NCBI GenBank assembly: GCA_963746845.1 | Contig: CAVVCZ010000004.1 | Location: forward strand, 960,001 to 1,024,000 | Origin: an uncultured Chloroflexia bacterium | Lineage (GTDB): Bacteria; Chloroflexota; Limnocylindria; Limnocylindrales; CSP1-4 | Direction: 5' to 3' | DNA length: 64,000 nt | Part shown: in pieces, positions 10,701 through 20,045 of the stretch | How the letters are laid out: every line of letters begins with the position of its first letter | Position numbering within the stretch: the first letter of the stretch is position 1 | The notes under the pieces: model-generated | The model's database searches: none | Told to the model about the DNA's origin: nothing | What the model saw: only the letters and a program-made list of their open reading frames with translations | Position numbers and translations under genes: made by a program

Positions 10701-10933
10701 CCGCGCTTCTCGGCCACGAAGACGCGGCCATCCGGGGCGTAGGCGATCACCGTGGGGTTGCTCAGCCCGGTGACGAGCGTCTCGTCGACGAAGCCGGACG
10801 GCAGGGACGCGGCGGCGGCGGTCGACGCGGTCCCCGGCAGCGCCACAGGCGCCGCGACGACGAGACTCTGAGCCAGGAACGCTGCGGCCGCGAGCACGGA
10901 AAGCCCGCGGGCGCGGCCACGATGGGTCGCCAT
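7703..10933 (-). CDS. Secreted glucose/sorbosone dehydrogenase-like beta-propeller protein with PKD and further C-terminal beta-sandwich domains
   Basis: Signal peptide; DRGLLGLAVDP, FGPDGMLYVSGGDG, AYGLRNPFR, NFGWPCHEG; PKD motif YDWDFGDGST; PPC-like DDVDWIRF; two FxLYD-like C-terminal repeats. Confidence 0.85.
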   Translation of the reverse strand: MATHRGRARGLSVLAAAAFLAQSLVVAAPVALPGTASTAAAASLPSGFVDETLVTGLSNPTVIAYAPDGRVFVAEKRGIVKSWATVADFNSDGPRVQTLDIRTDVMNYWDRGLLGLAVDPNWPSSPYIYLMYAYDAIPGGSAPRWGVAGADGDACPTPPGGTSDGCVSQSRLERDTVNPATGVVTSRQTLLTGWCQQFPSHSAGTVAFGPDGMLYVSGGDGASFNGGAQDYGQKGGNLPNTSSPITPKNPCGDPPGGLGGSMSAPTAEGGALRSQSFRRPAGEAAVLNGTVLRLNPATGGAASGNPAIGNSDPIRQRMVAYGLRNPFRMTFRPGTTDLYVGDVGYSTWEEVNRLANPIGAGGPVNFGWPCHEGPETGTYYTTTTLNLCATLDDPSVTAPLYDYAQSGHMASGDGCPPVPPATSAGASVSGLAFAETNSYPDPYKNALFAADYSRNCIVVLPVDGSGVPTGTAIPFESNAATPVDLTTDPNGNIVYGDFGGGNIHRIRYSAPIASFTVTPSSGMAPLSVSFDGSGSSAPASITAYDWDFGDGSTDSGQTTSHTYAAGTWTARLTVTDSNGMTATTSRSIAAGNQPPVATIDSPTCTTNCWAVGDPITLTAHATDPNDGTLPASAFSWHVGLQHCHTPSDCHEHDLLDATGVKSTSIVAPDHEAGSYLRISVTVKDSGGLTDTETIDVHPRQSTMTVVSSPAGLPVALDGVAGTGSVGPTAVIVGHAATVEAQATAAIGETMYAFSSWSDGKALIHTATAPASPQTLTATYHVTGGDAPATCAAAPVQAATGNPMAGKFGSTDDVDWIRFNVAAKGWYRIVLGDLPVDGILELFSGCSGLITTIDQPGLHWEEILANLTPGTYAIRMASTTGASSDTSYHWSVKALTGTTPLLMVASAPSAGLRYVGDVFNTATTPRSVTITAKLYSSSGKLLGSTSVHPLVTVMAGRSRSPFVINAARPAGFAYVKFTITSTPASTSTRLLTVSGTASGPTPSTWKVDGTIKNTSSTTASNVTYLLEIYNAFGTVINATTGHPLATTLAKGASTTFSVTFSGLNGAPMGTTARARAT

Positions 10934-11080
10934 GAAGGGATGAAACTCTCGGTTCGATGAAGGCTGGGGATCACGCGCCGAAGCCCCTCGCCGCGCAGGC
11001 GGGACGATACAGCAGGCAAGCGAATCCGCGCCGCCGGCACGGATTTCGTGGCGCCGGCGGGCACCGACGGACGGCGGCGA

Positions 11081-12382
11081 TCAGCCCGGCGCGGCCTCCG
11101 CGAGGACGCTGTCGATCGTCTCCACGAGCCGGTCCGCGTCGGCGTCCGAGAAGGCGAGCGGCGGCTTGATCTTCATCACGTTGTGGAACGGCCCGTCGGT
11201 GCTCAGCAGCACGCCGCGCTCGGCGGCCGTGTTCGCGAGCTCGCGGGCGAGGTCCGGGTCCGGCTCGCGGGTCGCGCGATCCCGGACCAGGTCCACCCCG
11301 ACGAACAGGCCCATCCCGCGGACGTCGCCGATCGCGTCATGACGATCGGCGAGCTCGCGGAGGCCGCGGATCAGCCGCTCCCCGGTGACCCGGGCGTGCT
11401 CCTGGAGCCGCTCCTCCTCGATGACGTCGAGCACGGCCAGCCCGATGGCCGCGGACACCGGGTTGCCGCCGAACGTGTTGAAGTACTCCATCCCGTTCGC
11501 GAACGCGTCCGCGATCGCGCGGGTCGTGACGACGGCGCCGATGGGGTGCCCGTTGCCGATCGGCTTGCCCATCGTGACGATGTCCGGCAGCGCACCCTGG
11601 GCCGCGAACGCCCAGGTGTCCACGCCGACGCGCCCGAACCCGACCTGGACCTCGTCGGCGATCGGCACGGCGCCGACTGCGCGAGCGGCGTCGAACAGCC
11701 CGGCGAGCCAGCGCGGCGGCGGCACGACCTGGCCGGCGACCGATGGGATCGCCTCCGCGATCACGGCTCCGGCGGGCCGGCCGGCACGCGCCGTCGCGTC
11801 GAGGACGGCGCGCGCCTCCTCGAGGTACGCGGACGCCACCTCCGGTCCGGTGCCGCGATGCGGACCGCGATACGGGTCCGGCAGCGGCACGACCTGGACG
11901 TCGTCCCGCTTCCCCGCCCCGCCGGGTCCCGCGAACTTGTACGGGCTGATCTCGATCAGTCGCTGGGTGTTCCCGTGATAGGCCACGTCGACGGTCGCGA
12001 CGTCCGGCCTGCCGGTGGCGGCCCGGGCCAGCCGCAACGCGAGCTCGTTCGCCTCGCTCCCGGAGTTGACGAAGTACGCGACCTCGAGGTGGCCGGGGAG
12101 CATCGCCGTCAACCGCTCCGCGTAGCGCAGGACCAGCTCGTGCAGGTATCGGGTGTTCGTGTTCAGGACGCGCATCTGGGCGACGCCCGCCTCGACGACC
12201 CGCGGGTGGGCGTGACCCACGTGGGCGACGTTGTTCACGCAGTCGAGGTACACGCGGCCGTCGGCGTCGTACAGGTAGGCGCCCTCGCCGCGGACGATGT
12301 GGAGCGGTGTCCGGTAGCTGACCGACAGCGACGGCCCGAGGAGCCGCCGCCGCTCTGCGAGGAGATCGGCGGAGGTCGTCAC
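11081..12382 (-). CDS. Class III PLP enzyme, phospho-lyase type (ETNPPL/PHYKPL-like)
   Basis: Motifs [61 protein letters not shown] and [12 protein letters not shown]. The GTG start overlaps the kinase stop codon. Confidence 0.85.
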   Translation of the reverse strand: MTTSADLLAERRRLLGPSLSVSYRTPLHIVRGEGAYLYDADGRVYLDCVNNVAHVGHAHPRVVEAGVAQMRVLNTNTRYLHELVLRYAERLTAMLPGHLEVAYFVNSGSEANELALRLARAATGRPDVATVDVAYHGNTQRLIEISPYKFAGPGGAGKRDDVQVVPLPDPYRGPHRGTGPEVASAYLEEARAVLDATARAGRPAGAVIAEAIPSVAGQVVPPPRWLAGLFDAARAVGAVPIADEVQVGFGRVGVDTWAFAAQGALPDIVTMGKPIGNGHPIGAVVTTRAIADAFANGMEYFNTFGGNPVSAAIGLAVLDVIEEERLQEHARVTGERLIRGLRELADRHDAIGDVRGMGLFVGVDLVRDRATREPDPDLARELANTAAERGVLLSTDGPFHNVMKIKPPLAFSDADADRLVETIDSVLAEAAPG

Positions 12383-13410
12383 GGGCGCGCCGCCACGCGC
12401 GCGGCCGCCTCGGCCGGGTCGATCGCGGCCAGCCGTTCGAGGAGCGCCCACGCCGGCCCCTCCGAGATCGTCAGGTACGGATCGCCCGGATCGAGCCGCG
12501 ACTGGTGCGCGCTCAACGCGACGCTCGTCGCCAGGCGCAGCGCCACGAGCTCGACGATCGCGGGGCGCTCGTCGTCCGTGAGCGGCAGCGTCTCCTCGAA
12601 CCCCTCGCGGACCGACGCGACGACCGCCAGCGGGTCCGGCGCGTCGAGCGCCGCATAGGCCGCGGCCACGGCGAGCTCGTTCACGACGACCGACCACACC
12701 GCGTCCCCGAGATCGAGCAGGCCGGTGATCCGCGTCCCCTCCACATCGACGAGGACGTTGTGGTCGTTCGCGTCGTTGTGGATGACCCCGTGCCGTAGCC
12801 GCGGCAGGACGCCCCCGAGCGGCAACAGTCGCCCCTGCCAGGCAGCGAGGAGCGCTGCCCGGTCGGGCTGCGTCACGGCGACGGCGTGCGCCGCGATCAC
12901 CCCGAGTCCTCGCTCGGCCTCCCATTGGAAGGCGCGATGGGCCGCCGGGTGGTCCCAGCCGGCGAGGGCCAGGACGGTCCGACCCATGACCCGGCCGAGA
13001 TCCACGAGGAGCTCCGTGGGCCGGACGGCGGCAGGGATGATCGCCAGCGGCCCGCCGGGAAGCCAGGTCAGGAGGCGCGCCAGCAGGTCGGGCCCGCCGT
13101 CACCTGCCCCGACGGCGACCAGCTCGCGACCGTCCGGCGTCGCGACCGGGCGCTGGCAGGGCACGCCCGCAGCCTCCAGCCGTCGCATCGCCTCGTGCTG
13201 GAGCTCGAGGAACGACGGGTCCTCGGCGGCGTTCGATACCTTGAGGACGCACCGATCCACGCCGTCGACGACGACCGCCCAGTTCTGGTCGCGCTCGCTC
13301 GGCAACGGACGCAGCGTCCCGTCGATCTCCCACTCCGCCCAGAGAACGGCCGCCGCCCGGTCGGTGTCGAGGGAAGGGCGGGTCAGGACGGCGCCGACGA
13401 GATCGCTCAC
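12379..13410 (-). CDS. APH-family phosphotransferase (hydroxylysine-kinase-like)
   Basis: Motifs LPSERDQN, VLKVSN, IHNDANDHNVLV and LLDLGD. Confidence 0.85.
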   Translation of the reverse strand: MSDLVGAVLTRPSLDTDRAAAVLWAEWEIDGTLRPLPSERDQNWAVVVDGVDRCVLKVSNAAEDPSFLELQHEAMRRLEAAGVPCQRPVATPDGRELVAVGAGDGGPDLLARLLTWLPGGPLAIIPAAVRPTELLVDLGRVMGRTVLALAGWDHPAAHRAFQWEAERGLGVIAAHAVAVTQPDRAALLAAWQGRLLPLGGVLPRLRHGVIHNDANDHNVLVDVEGTRITGLLDLGDAVWSVVVNELAVAAAYAALDAPDPLAVVASVREGFEETLPLTDDERPAIVELVALRLATSVALSAHQSRLDPGDPYLTISEGPAWALLERLAAIDPAEAAARVAARP

Positions 13411-13441
13411 GCGGCCAAGGGTAGCGAACTCGTCGCGTTGG

Positions 13442-16400
13442 TCAGGTGAGACGGAGGTCCACGAGGCCGTCGCCGAGGCGTCGGTTCACCTCGGACAGCA
13501 GGTCGGCGTCGTACGCCACCCGGCGGCTCAGCTCCATCGGGAGCGTGGACGATCCGTTGGGGGCCGGCACGTGCAGGACGACCCGTGTCCCACCCGGGCG
13601 TTCACGAAGGAGCGTCCGGATGGTCTCCATCGCGAGGATCAGCCGGTCGGGTGCCGCGCCGCCGAACCGGACGTGGAGGATCTGGTCGGGCCCGCTCTCG
13701 AGCTGGGAGGTCGGCGCGGCCGAGGCGAGCGCGGCGCGGTCCCGGGCCTCGTCCGGGAGGGCCGGCTCGTCGGCGATCTCGTCGGAACCGGTCGCGGCCG
13801 AGAGGCTCTCCGGCTCGGCGTAGGTCGGGATCGGATCGCCCGGGGTGATCGCCGGCAGCTCCGCCGCCGGAGCCGCCGAGGCGGTGGGACCCGCGGGCGC
13901 GGAGCGCGCGTCCGCGCGAAGCGGCGACACACGCGGGACGCCTGGGCGGACCTCGTCCGGACGGGGTGGACGCTCGGTCGGGAGACCGGGACCCACGGCG
14001 ACCGGCTCGCGGGGCGACGCCTCGACCGCCGCAGTCGGGGACTTCGCCCAGCCGTTCGTCGCCGATCGACCGCCGCCGCCGTTCCCGTTGCCGGATCCGC
14101 CGGCGGGCGGACGCCGCCCGCGCTCGCCTGCCGCCACCTCCCGGGCGAACGCCTCCGGCCCGCGCCGGACCGCGTCGTCCCAGTCGGTCACGAGATCCGC
14201 GAGCAGCGACACGTCGTCGCCGCGGTGGTCGACCCGGCCGGCGACGAGCAGGATCGAGCCTTCGCTCCAGACCCCGGCCGTCGTCTCGTACATCCGCGGG
14301 AACACGACGACCTCGATCGTGCCCTGGAGGTCCTCGAGCGTCGCGATGCCCATCGTCGACTTCGTCTTCGTGATCACGGTCCGGAAGCCGGTCACGATCC
14401 CGCCGACCACGACCCGCTGCCCGTCGAGCGACTCGTCCTTGAGATCGCCGCTGTACGCCGTCACGAAGGCCCCGACCTGCTCGGCGACCTCGCCCATCGG
14501 GTGCTCGGACAGGTACAGCCCGAGGAGCTCCTTCTCCTTCCGGAGCCGCTCGCGCCGGGGCGCCTCGGTGCGCGGCGGGAGCGCCTCGACCGGCGCCTCC
14601 GCGAACATCAGGTCGAACGCAGACAGCTGGCCCGTCGCCTGCTGTTGCTGGGCCGCCTGGGCGGACGGCAGGATCGTCGGCAGCGCGTCGATGATCTGGA
14701 CCGGGTGGCCGAACGCCGACAGCGCGCCGACCCAGGCGAGCGCCTCGATCACACGGGAGTTCACGAGCCGCAGATCCACCCGCTCGCAGAAGTCCCGGAG
14801 CGACTTGAACTCGCCACCCTCCTTGCGGGCCGCGACGATCGATTCGATCGCGCTCTGGCCGACGTTCTTGACGGCGAGGAGGCCGAACCGGATCGACGGC
14901 CCCTCCACCGTGAACTCCACATCCGAGCGATGGACGTCCGGCGGCAGGACCTCGATCCCCATCCGGCGGCACTCGGCCACCGCAGCGGCGACCTTCTCCT
15001 CGTTCGACCGGAAGGCCGTGAGGACCGCGGTCATGTACTCAACGGTGTAGTTCGCCTTCAGGTAGGCGGTCTGGTAGGCGATCAGCCCGTAGCAGGTCGC
15101 GTGGGCCTTGTTGAAGCCATAGCGCTCGAACGGCTGGAACGCCGCGAAGACCTGGTCGATGACCCGGGCGTCGACCCCACGCTCGGCCGCCTGGGTGACG
15201 AACTTCTCCCGCTGCGCCCGCAGGACCGACGACTTCTTCTTCCGGATCGCGTAGCCGAGCGTGTCCGCCTCCGGCCCGGTGAAGCCGCCGAGGGCGATGG
15301 CCGCGGACATGATGTCCTCCTGGTAGACGAAGATCCCGTAGGTCTTCTCCAGGTACGGCTCGAGCAGCGGATGCAGGTACGTGACCGGCTCCTGGCCGTG
15401 CTTCCGCCGGATGTACGCCGGGATGTTGTCCATCGGCCCGGGTCGGAACAGGGCGACCATCGCCGCGAGGTCCAGGACGGAGGTCGGCTTCAGGTCGCGA
15501 ATGTAGCGACGCATCCCCGCCGACTCCAGCTGGAAGATGCCGGTCGTCTCGCCGGACGCCAGCAGGTCGAACGTCTTCGTGTCGTCCAGCGGGATCCGGT
15601 CGAGGTCGATCTCGACCTCGCGCTCCTGGCGCACCAGGTCCACCGCGTGGCGGAGGATCGTCAGGTTCGACAGGCCGAGGAAGTCGAACTTCAGCAGCCC
15701 GAGCGCCTCGATCCCGTGCATCTCGTACTGGGTCATCAGCGCGTCGGAGTTCGTCGCCTTCTGGAGCGGCATCAGCTCCGTCAGCGGCTCGCGGCTGATC
15801 ACGACGCCCGCGGCGTGGGTCGAGGCGTTGCGCGCGACACCCTCGAGCTGCCGGGCGAAGTCGATCATCCGCTTCACGCCGGGATCGGCGTCCACCTGAC
15901 CTTTCAGGTCCGGCGAGATCTCGAGCGCCTCGTCGAGCTTGATCCCGAGCTGGTTCGGGACCGCCTTGGCGACCCGGTCGACCTCACCGTAGCTGTACCC
16001 GAGGACCCGGCCGACGTCGCGGATCGCCGCCCGGGCGAGCATCGTGCCGAACGTGATGATCTGGGCGACGTGGTCCGAGCCGTACTTGCGCGACACGTAC
16101 GAGATGACCTCGTCCCGGCGCTCGTCCTCGAAGTCGACGTCGATGTCCGGCATCGTCACCCGGTCCGGGTTGAGGAAGCGCTCGAACGGGAGGCCGTAGG
16201 CGATCGGGTCGACCGGGGTGATCCCCAGCGTGTAGGTGACGATGCTGCCCGGCGCGCTGCCCCGGCAGGTCGTCTGGATGCGCTGCTCGCGGGCGAACCG
16301 GACGAAGTCGGCGACGATCAGGAAGTAGCCGGCGTAGCCCATTGTCAGGATCACGCCGAGCTCGTAGTCGAGGCGCGCCTGGAGCTCCGGCGTCACCGCC

Positions 16401-17347
16401 GCGTAGCGCTCGGCGAGACCGCGCTGGCACTCCTTCCGGAGCCAAGTCTCGACCGTCTCGCCGTCCGGCACCGGGAAGTGCGGGATCCGGAGCTGGCCGA
16501 GCGGCAGCTCGAGGTCCGTCATCTCCGAGATCAGCCGGGTGTTGAGGATCGCCTCGCGCTGGTCGGGGAACAACGCCGCCATCTCGGCGGCCGACTTCAG
16601 CCAGAAGTGGTCGGTCTCGAACTTCATCCGGCCGGCGGTGTCGAGATTGTTGCCGGTGCCGACGCACAGCAGGACGTCGTGCGCCTCGGACTGGCTCCGG
16701 TGGACGTAGTGGAGGTCGTTCGTCACGACGAGGGGCAGGCCGGTCTCGGGCGCGAGGCGGAGCAGCTTCTCGTTCAGGACGCGCTGCTCCGGCAGCCCGT
16801 GGTCCTGGAGCTCGAGGAAGAAGTTGCCCGTGCCGAGGATGTCGCCGTACTCGCCGGCGAGCCGCCGGGCACCGTCCCAGTCCTCGATCTCGAGGGCCCG
16901 CGGGATCTCGCCTCCGAGGCACGCGGACAGCCCGACGAGCCCTTCCGCGTAGCGGGCGAGGTGCTCGTGGTCGATCCGGGGCCGGTAGTAGTAGCCGTCG
17001 ACGTGGGCGTCCGTGACGAGCCGGCACAGGTTCCGGTAGCCGGCGAGGTCCTTCGCGAGGAGGATCAGGTGGAAGGGCTGGGCGTCGGCCTTGCCCTCCT
17101 TCTCGGTCATCGACCGGCGGGCGACATAGGTCTCGACGCCGATGATCGGCTTGATCCCCTTCGTCTTCGCCGCCTGGTAGAAGGCAACCGCGCCGTAGAG
17201 CGCGCCGTGATCGGTCAGCGCGAGGCTGTCGAAGCCCTGGGCGGCCGCCGAATCGACGAGGTCCGTGATCCGCCCGAGCCCGTCGAGGAGGCTGAACTCC
17301 GAGTGGGTGTGGAGGTGCGTGAAGTCGTTCGGGGCGAGGGTCGTCAC
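13442..17347 (-). CDS. dnaE: DNA polymerase III alpha subunit
   Basis: PHP domain HLHTHSEFSLLDG / TDHG, then RGSAPGS, MPDIDVDF, LLKFDFLGL, YGFNKAHA and an OB fold. Confidence 0.98.
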   Translation of the reverse strand: MTTLAPNDFTHLHTHSEFSLLDGLGRITDLVDSAAAQGFDSLALTDHGALYGAVAFYQAAKTKGIKPIIGVETYVARRSMTEKEGKADAQPFHLILLAKDLAGYRNLCRLVTDAHVDGYYYRPRIDHEHLARYAEGLVGLSACLGGEIPRALEIEDWDGARRLAGEYGDILGTGNFFLELQDHGLPEQRVLNEKLLRLAPETGLPLVVTNDLHYVHRSQSEAHDVLLCVGTGNNLDTAGRMKFETDHFWLKSAAEMAALFPDQREAILNTRLISEMTDLELPLGQLRIPHFPVPDGETVETWLRKECQRGLAERYAAVTPELQARLDYELGVILTMGYAGYFLIVADFVRFAREQRIQTTCRGSAPGSIVTYTLGITPVDPIAYGLPFERFLNPDRVTMPDIDVDFEDERRDEVISYVSRKYGSDHVAQIITFGTMLARAAIRDVGRVLGYSYGEVDRVAKAVPNQLGIKLDEALEISPDLKGQVDADPGVKRMIDFARQLEGVARNASTHAAGVVISREPLTELMPLQKATNSDALMTQYEMHGIEALGLLKFDFLGLSNLTILRHAVDLVRQEREVEIDLDRIPLDDTKTFDLLASGETTGIFQLESAGMRRYIRDLKPTSVLDLAAMVALFRPGPMDNIPAYIRRKHGQEPVTYLHPLLEPYLEKTYGIFVYQEDIMSAAIALGGFTGPEADTLGYAIRKKKSSVLRAQREKFVTQAAERGVDARVIDQVFAAFQPFERYGFNKAHATCYGLIAYQTAYLKANYTVEYMTAVLTAFRSNEEKVAAAVAECRRMGIEVLPPDVHRSDVEFTVEGPSIRFGLLAVKNVGQSAIESIVAARKEGGEFKSLRDFCERVDLRLVNSRVIEALAWVGALSAFGHPVQIIDALPTILPSAQAAQQQQATGQLSAFDLMFAEAPVEALPPRTEAPRRERLRKEKELLGLYLSEHPMGEVAEQVGAFVTAYSGDLKDESLDGQRVVVGGIVTGFRTVITKTKSTMGIATLEDLQGTIEVVVFPRMYETTAGVWSEGSILLVAGRVDHRGDDVSLLADLVTDWDDAVRRGPEAFAREVAAGERGRRPPAGGSGNGNGGGGRSATNGWAKSPTAAVEASPREPVAVGPGLPTERPPRPDEVRPGVPRVSPLRADARSAPAGPTASAAPAAELPAITPGDPIPTYAEPESLSAATGSDEIADEPALPDEARDRAALASAAPTSQLESGPDQILHVRFGGAAPDRLILAMETIRTLLRERPGGTRVVLHVPAPNGSSTLPMELSRRVAYDADLLSEVNRRLGDGLVDLRLT

Positions 17348-17452
17348 GGGGGGTCAATGGTAGCCGCGCGGCCGGCCTGCCGGGCGAGAAGCCAGCTGGA
17401 TTCGCCGGATGGCGGTCGGTGACGGGCGACGATCCAGTCGGCGAGCCGGTCG

Positions 17453-18932
17453 TCAGCCGCCGGCGATCCACCCCGCGATGCGCTCCGCGATCATGATCGT
17501 CGGGAGATGGCTGAAGCCCGACGGGACCGTCGGCATGATCGACGCGTCGGCGACGTACAGACCGTCCGTGCCGTGGACCCGCCCGCCCGCCGTCACCACC
17601 GCCCCGGCCTCCGGTGCGACGCCCATCGCGCACGTCCCCACCACGTGCGGGATCGAGCGAGCCGTGTCGCGCACGAGGGCGAGCCGTCCGGGGGCGTCCG
17701 GTGGGTCCTCCAGCTTGACGCCGCCGAGGCGCCGAAACGCCGGGTCATGCACGATCGCGAACGCCCGCTCGCAGCCCTCCGCGAGTCGCTCCCGATCCCC
17801 CGCCCCATCGACGACCGGGAGCCGGATCACCGGCGGATCGAGCGGGTTCGTGGACCGGAGCCGCACGCTCCCCCGGGCTTCGGGCTTGAGTAACAGGACG
17901 GCGATCTCGAGCTGCGGCGGGCTGTCCGGCGCGTCGGGATCCCCGAGCCAGATCAGGAGGTCCGGGGGCCTGCCGCGATCCGCCGACGCGCTGTGGAACG
18001 TCGCAACCGCGTGGAGCGAGGGCGCCGTCCGGCCCGGTCCCGTGTAACCGGCGTCGATGTCGACGGTCGGGTGATCGGACAGGTTGGCTCCGACCCCGGG
18101 GAGATCGACCCGGACCCGGATCCCGAGTGCCGTGGAGGTCATCGGCCGCGCCGATCCCCGAGCGAAGGAGGATCGCGGGGCTGCCGTACGTGCCGGCACA
18201 GACCACGACCCGGTCGGCGTCGATCGATCCGCCGTCCGCCAGGCGGACGCCGCTCACCGAGGTTCCCGCGAACCGGAGCTCCGCAACGGGCGCGTCCGGC
18301 AGGATCGTGAGGCCGGACCGGTCGCCGTGGCCCAGGTAGGCGTCGAACGTCGTGACCCGCGCCCCGTCGATCGAGCTCATCGGCATCGGCCCGACCCCCA
18401 CCGCGCCGGGTTCGTTGTGGTCGTCGACGCGGGCGAAGCCGGCGGCGACGGCGGCATCGACGAGGGCCGTGAGGGCCGGTGTGGGCTCGACGTCGCGATA
18501 GCGGTTGACCGGGATCGGGCCGTCGTCGCCATGCCACGGTCGATCCCCGAATTCGACGTCCCGCTCGAGCCGTCGGAGGACCGGCAGGACGGCGTCGAAC
18601 GACCACCCGTCGTTGCCGAGCGCCGCCCACTCGTCGAAGTCGCCGGGCTGGCCGCGCAACGCGAACCGGGTCAACCACGAGGTGCCACCGAGCAGGCGGA
18701 TGCGCCGCACCTTCCTCGTCTCGCCTCGAGCGTTCGGCTCGGCCGTGAAGCCCCAGTCGTGCTCGCCGGTCATGCCCCAGCCGTCGCGCAGGTCGCTCGC
18801 GACCGGATCGGGGACCAGCGGGCCCGCCTCGATGAGGGCCACGGATCGGCCGGTCTCCGCCAGACGCGCTGCGACCACGCAACCGGCGGCACCGCCGCCG
18901 ACGACCGCCACATCGAACCGACCTCTTGCCAC
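17453..18932 (-). CDS. GMC-family oxidoreductase, with an apparent frameshift near 18135
   Basis: FDVAVVGGGAAGCVVAARLAE and LLRSGIG lie in one frame; DLPGVGANLSDHP, HVVGTCAMG and VADASIMP in another. Removing one C in GACCTCCACG restores DLTALGI. Confidence 0.88.
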
Positions 18933-19038
18933 GCCGCCGCCCTCCTGACGGTGTCTCCGGCGGCAGTCTGGTCCACCCGCGCCCGATGTGTCCACGGTGT
19001 CGTGCGTCGGCGATCGAGCCGCCGGGTATCGTGGCGCC

Positions 19039-19416
19039 GTGATCCCGCCCGCACCGCCGGATTCCGTCGACTTCGATGCCGTCATCGACGACGTGCTCGA
19101 CGGCCTCCCGGAGCCCTTCTTCGAGCAGCTGGGCTCCGTCGCGATCGTCGTCGAGGACGAGCCGACCCCTGACCAGCTGGCGTCGGTCCACGCCGGCGGG
19201 CTGTTCGGGCTGTACCAGGGCGTCCCCCGGACACGGTTCGGGGCGGACAATGCGCCGATCCCGAGCAAGATCACGCTGTTCCGCGGTCCGCTGACCCGAT
19301 TCAACCCCGGTCGCGAGCGCCTGACGCAGGCTATCGAGGAGACACTGCTCCACGAGATCGCCCACCACCTCGGGATCGACGACGAGCGCCTCCGCGAGAT
19401 CCACGCGGGCGGCTGA
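19039..19416 (+). CDS. Zincin-like metallopeptidase (minimal gluzincin, DUF1025-like)
   Basis: Motifs LFGLYQGVP, KITLFRGPL and HEIAHHLGIDDERL. Confidence 0.88.
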   Translation: MIPPAPPDSVDFDAVIDDVLDGLPEPFFEQLGSVAIVVEDEPTPDQLASVHAGGLFGLYQGVPRTRFGADNAPIPSKITLFRGPLTRFNPGRERLTQAIEETLLHEIAHHLGIDDERLREIHAGG

Positions 19417-19421
19417 CCGAC

Positions 19422-20045
19422 CTATCGACCGATCAGGCCCGCCACGACCGGCGCGATCCGGTCCACCCAGAGGGTGTACTGGGCACCCGACGGATGAAGC
19501 CCGTCGTCCGCCACCAGGCTCCGGTCCGCCGCCGCACGGAGCGACAGATCGTGGATGTCGACCCACGCGATTCCACGCTCACCGGACAGCTCGCGGAGGA
19601 TCTCGTTGGTGCCGCGGATGCCGGCCGACCGGGCCACGGGGTCGCCGTAGTCGGCACCCTGCGGCGTGACCGTGTAGTCCGGCGTCGAAATCGTCACGAG
19701 CCGACCGGCAGGCAGCCGGGCGAGGAGGGCGTCGAGGATCGCGCTGGCGTTCGCTCGATAGGTCGCCGCCGGGACGCCCTGGACGACGTCGTTGACGCCG
19801 ACGAGGAGCGAGACGAACTCCGGCCGCAGCCCGTCCAGCGCCGGCAGCTCCTCCCGGATCACGTCGGCGGAGGTGAACCCGTTGACGCCGAGGTTCGCGA
19901 CCAGGTTGAGGCTCGGCGGCTCGGGGCCGAGCGCGGCCACCAGCTGGTCCGGCCAGCGCTCCGCCGCCGTCCGGGTGGCGGTCCCGATCGTGTAGCTGTC
20001 GCCGAGGGCGACGAAGCGCAGCGCCGCCGACGCCGGATCGGTCAC
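19422..20045 (-). CDS. SGNH/GDSL hydrolase
   Basis: Motifs ALGDSYTIG, NLGVNG, GVNDVVQ and DGLHPS. Confidence 0.9.
   Translation of the reverse strand: MTDPASAALRFVALGDSYTIGTATRTAAERWPDQLVAALGPEPPSLNLVANLGVNGFTSADVIREELPALDGLRPEFVSLLVGVNDVVQGVPAATYRANASAILDALLARLPAGRLVTISTPDYTVTPQGADYGDPVARSAGIRGTNEILRELSGERGIAWVDIHDLSLRAAADRSLVADDGLHPSGAQYTLWVDRIAPVVAGLIGR

Noticed and set aside
4707-11080. Genomic island integrated at tRNA-Leu
   Set aside because: No integrase, no duplicated tRNA 3' end found by eye, and no evident compositional shift.
13442-17347. Intein in DnaE
   Set aside because: The extra length is a low-complexity C-terminal linker. No Cys/Ser...His-Asn splice motifs, and the catalytic core is uninterrupted.
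12725-17422. 1565-aa plus-strand ORF and many similar long Arg/Pro-rich ORFs
   Set aside because: These are antisense or shifted-frame shadows of real genes (here dnaE), as expected in very GC-rich DNA. No domain motifs.
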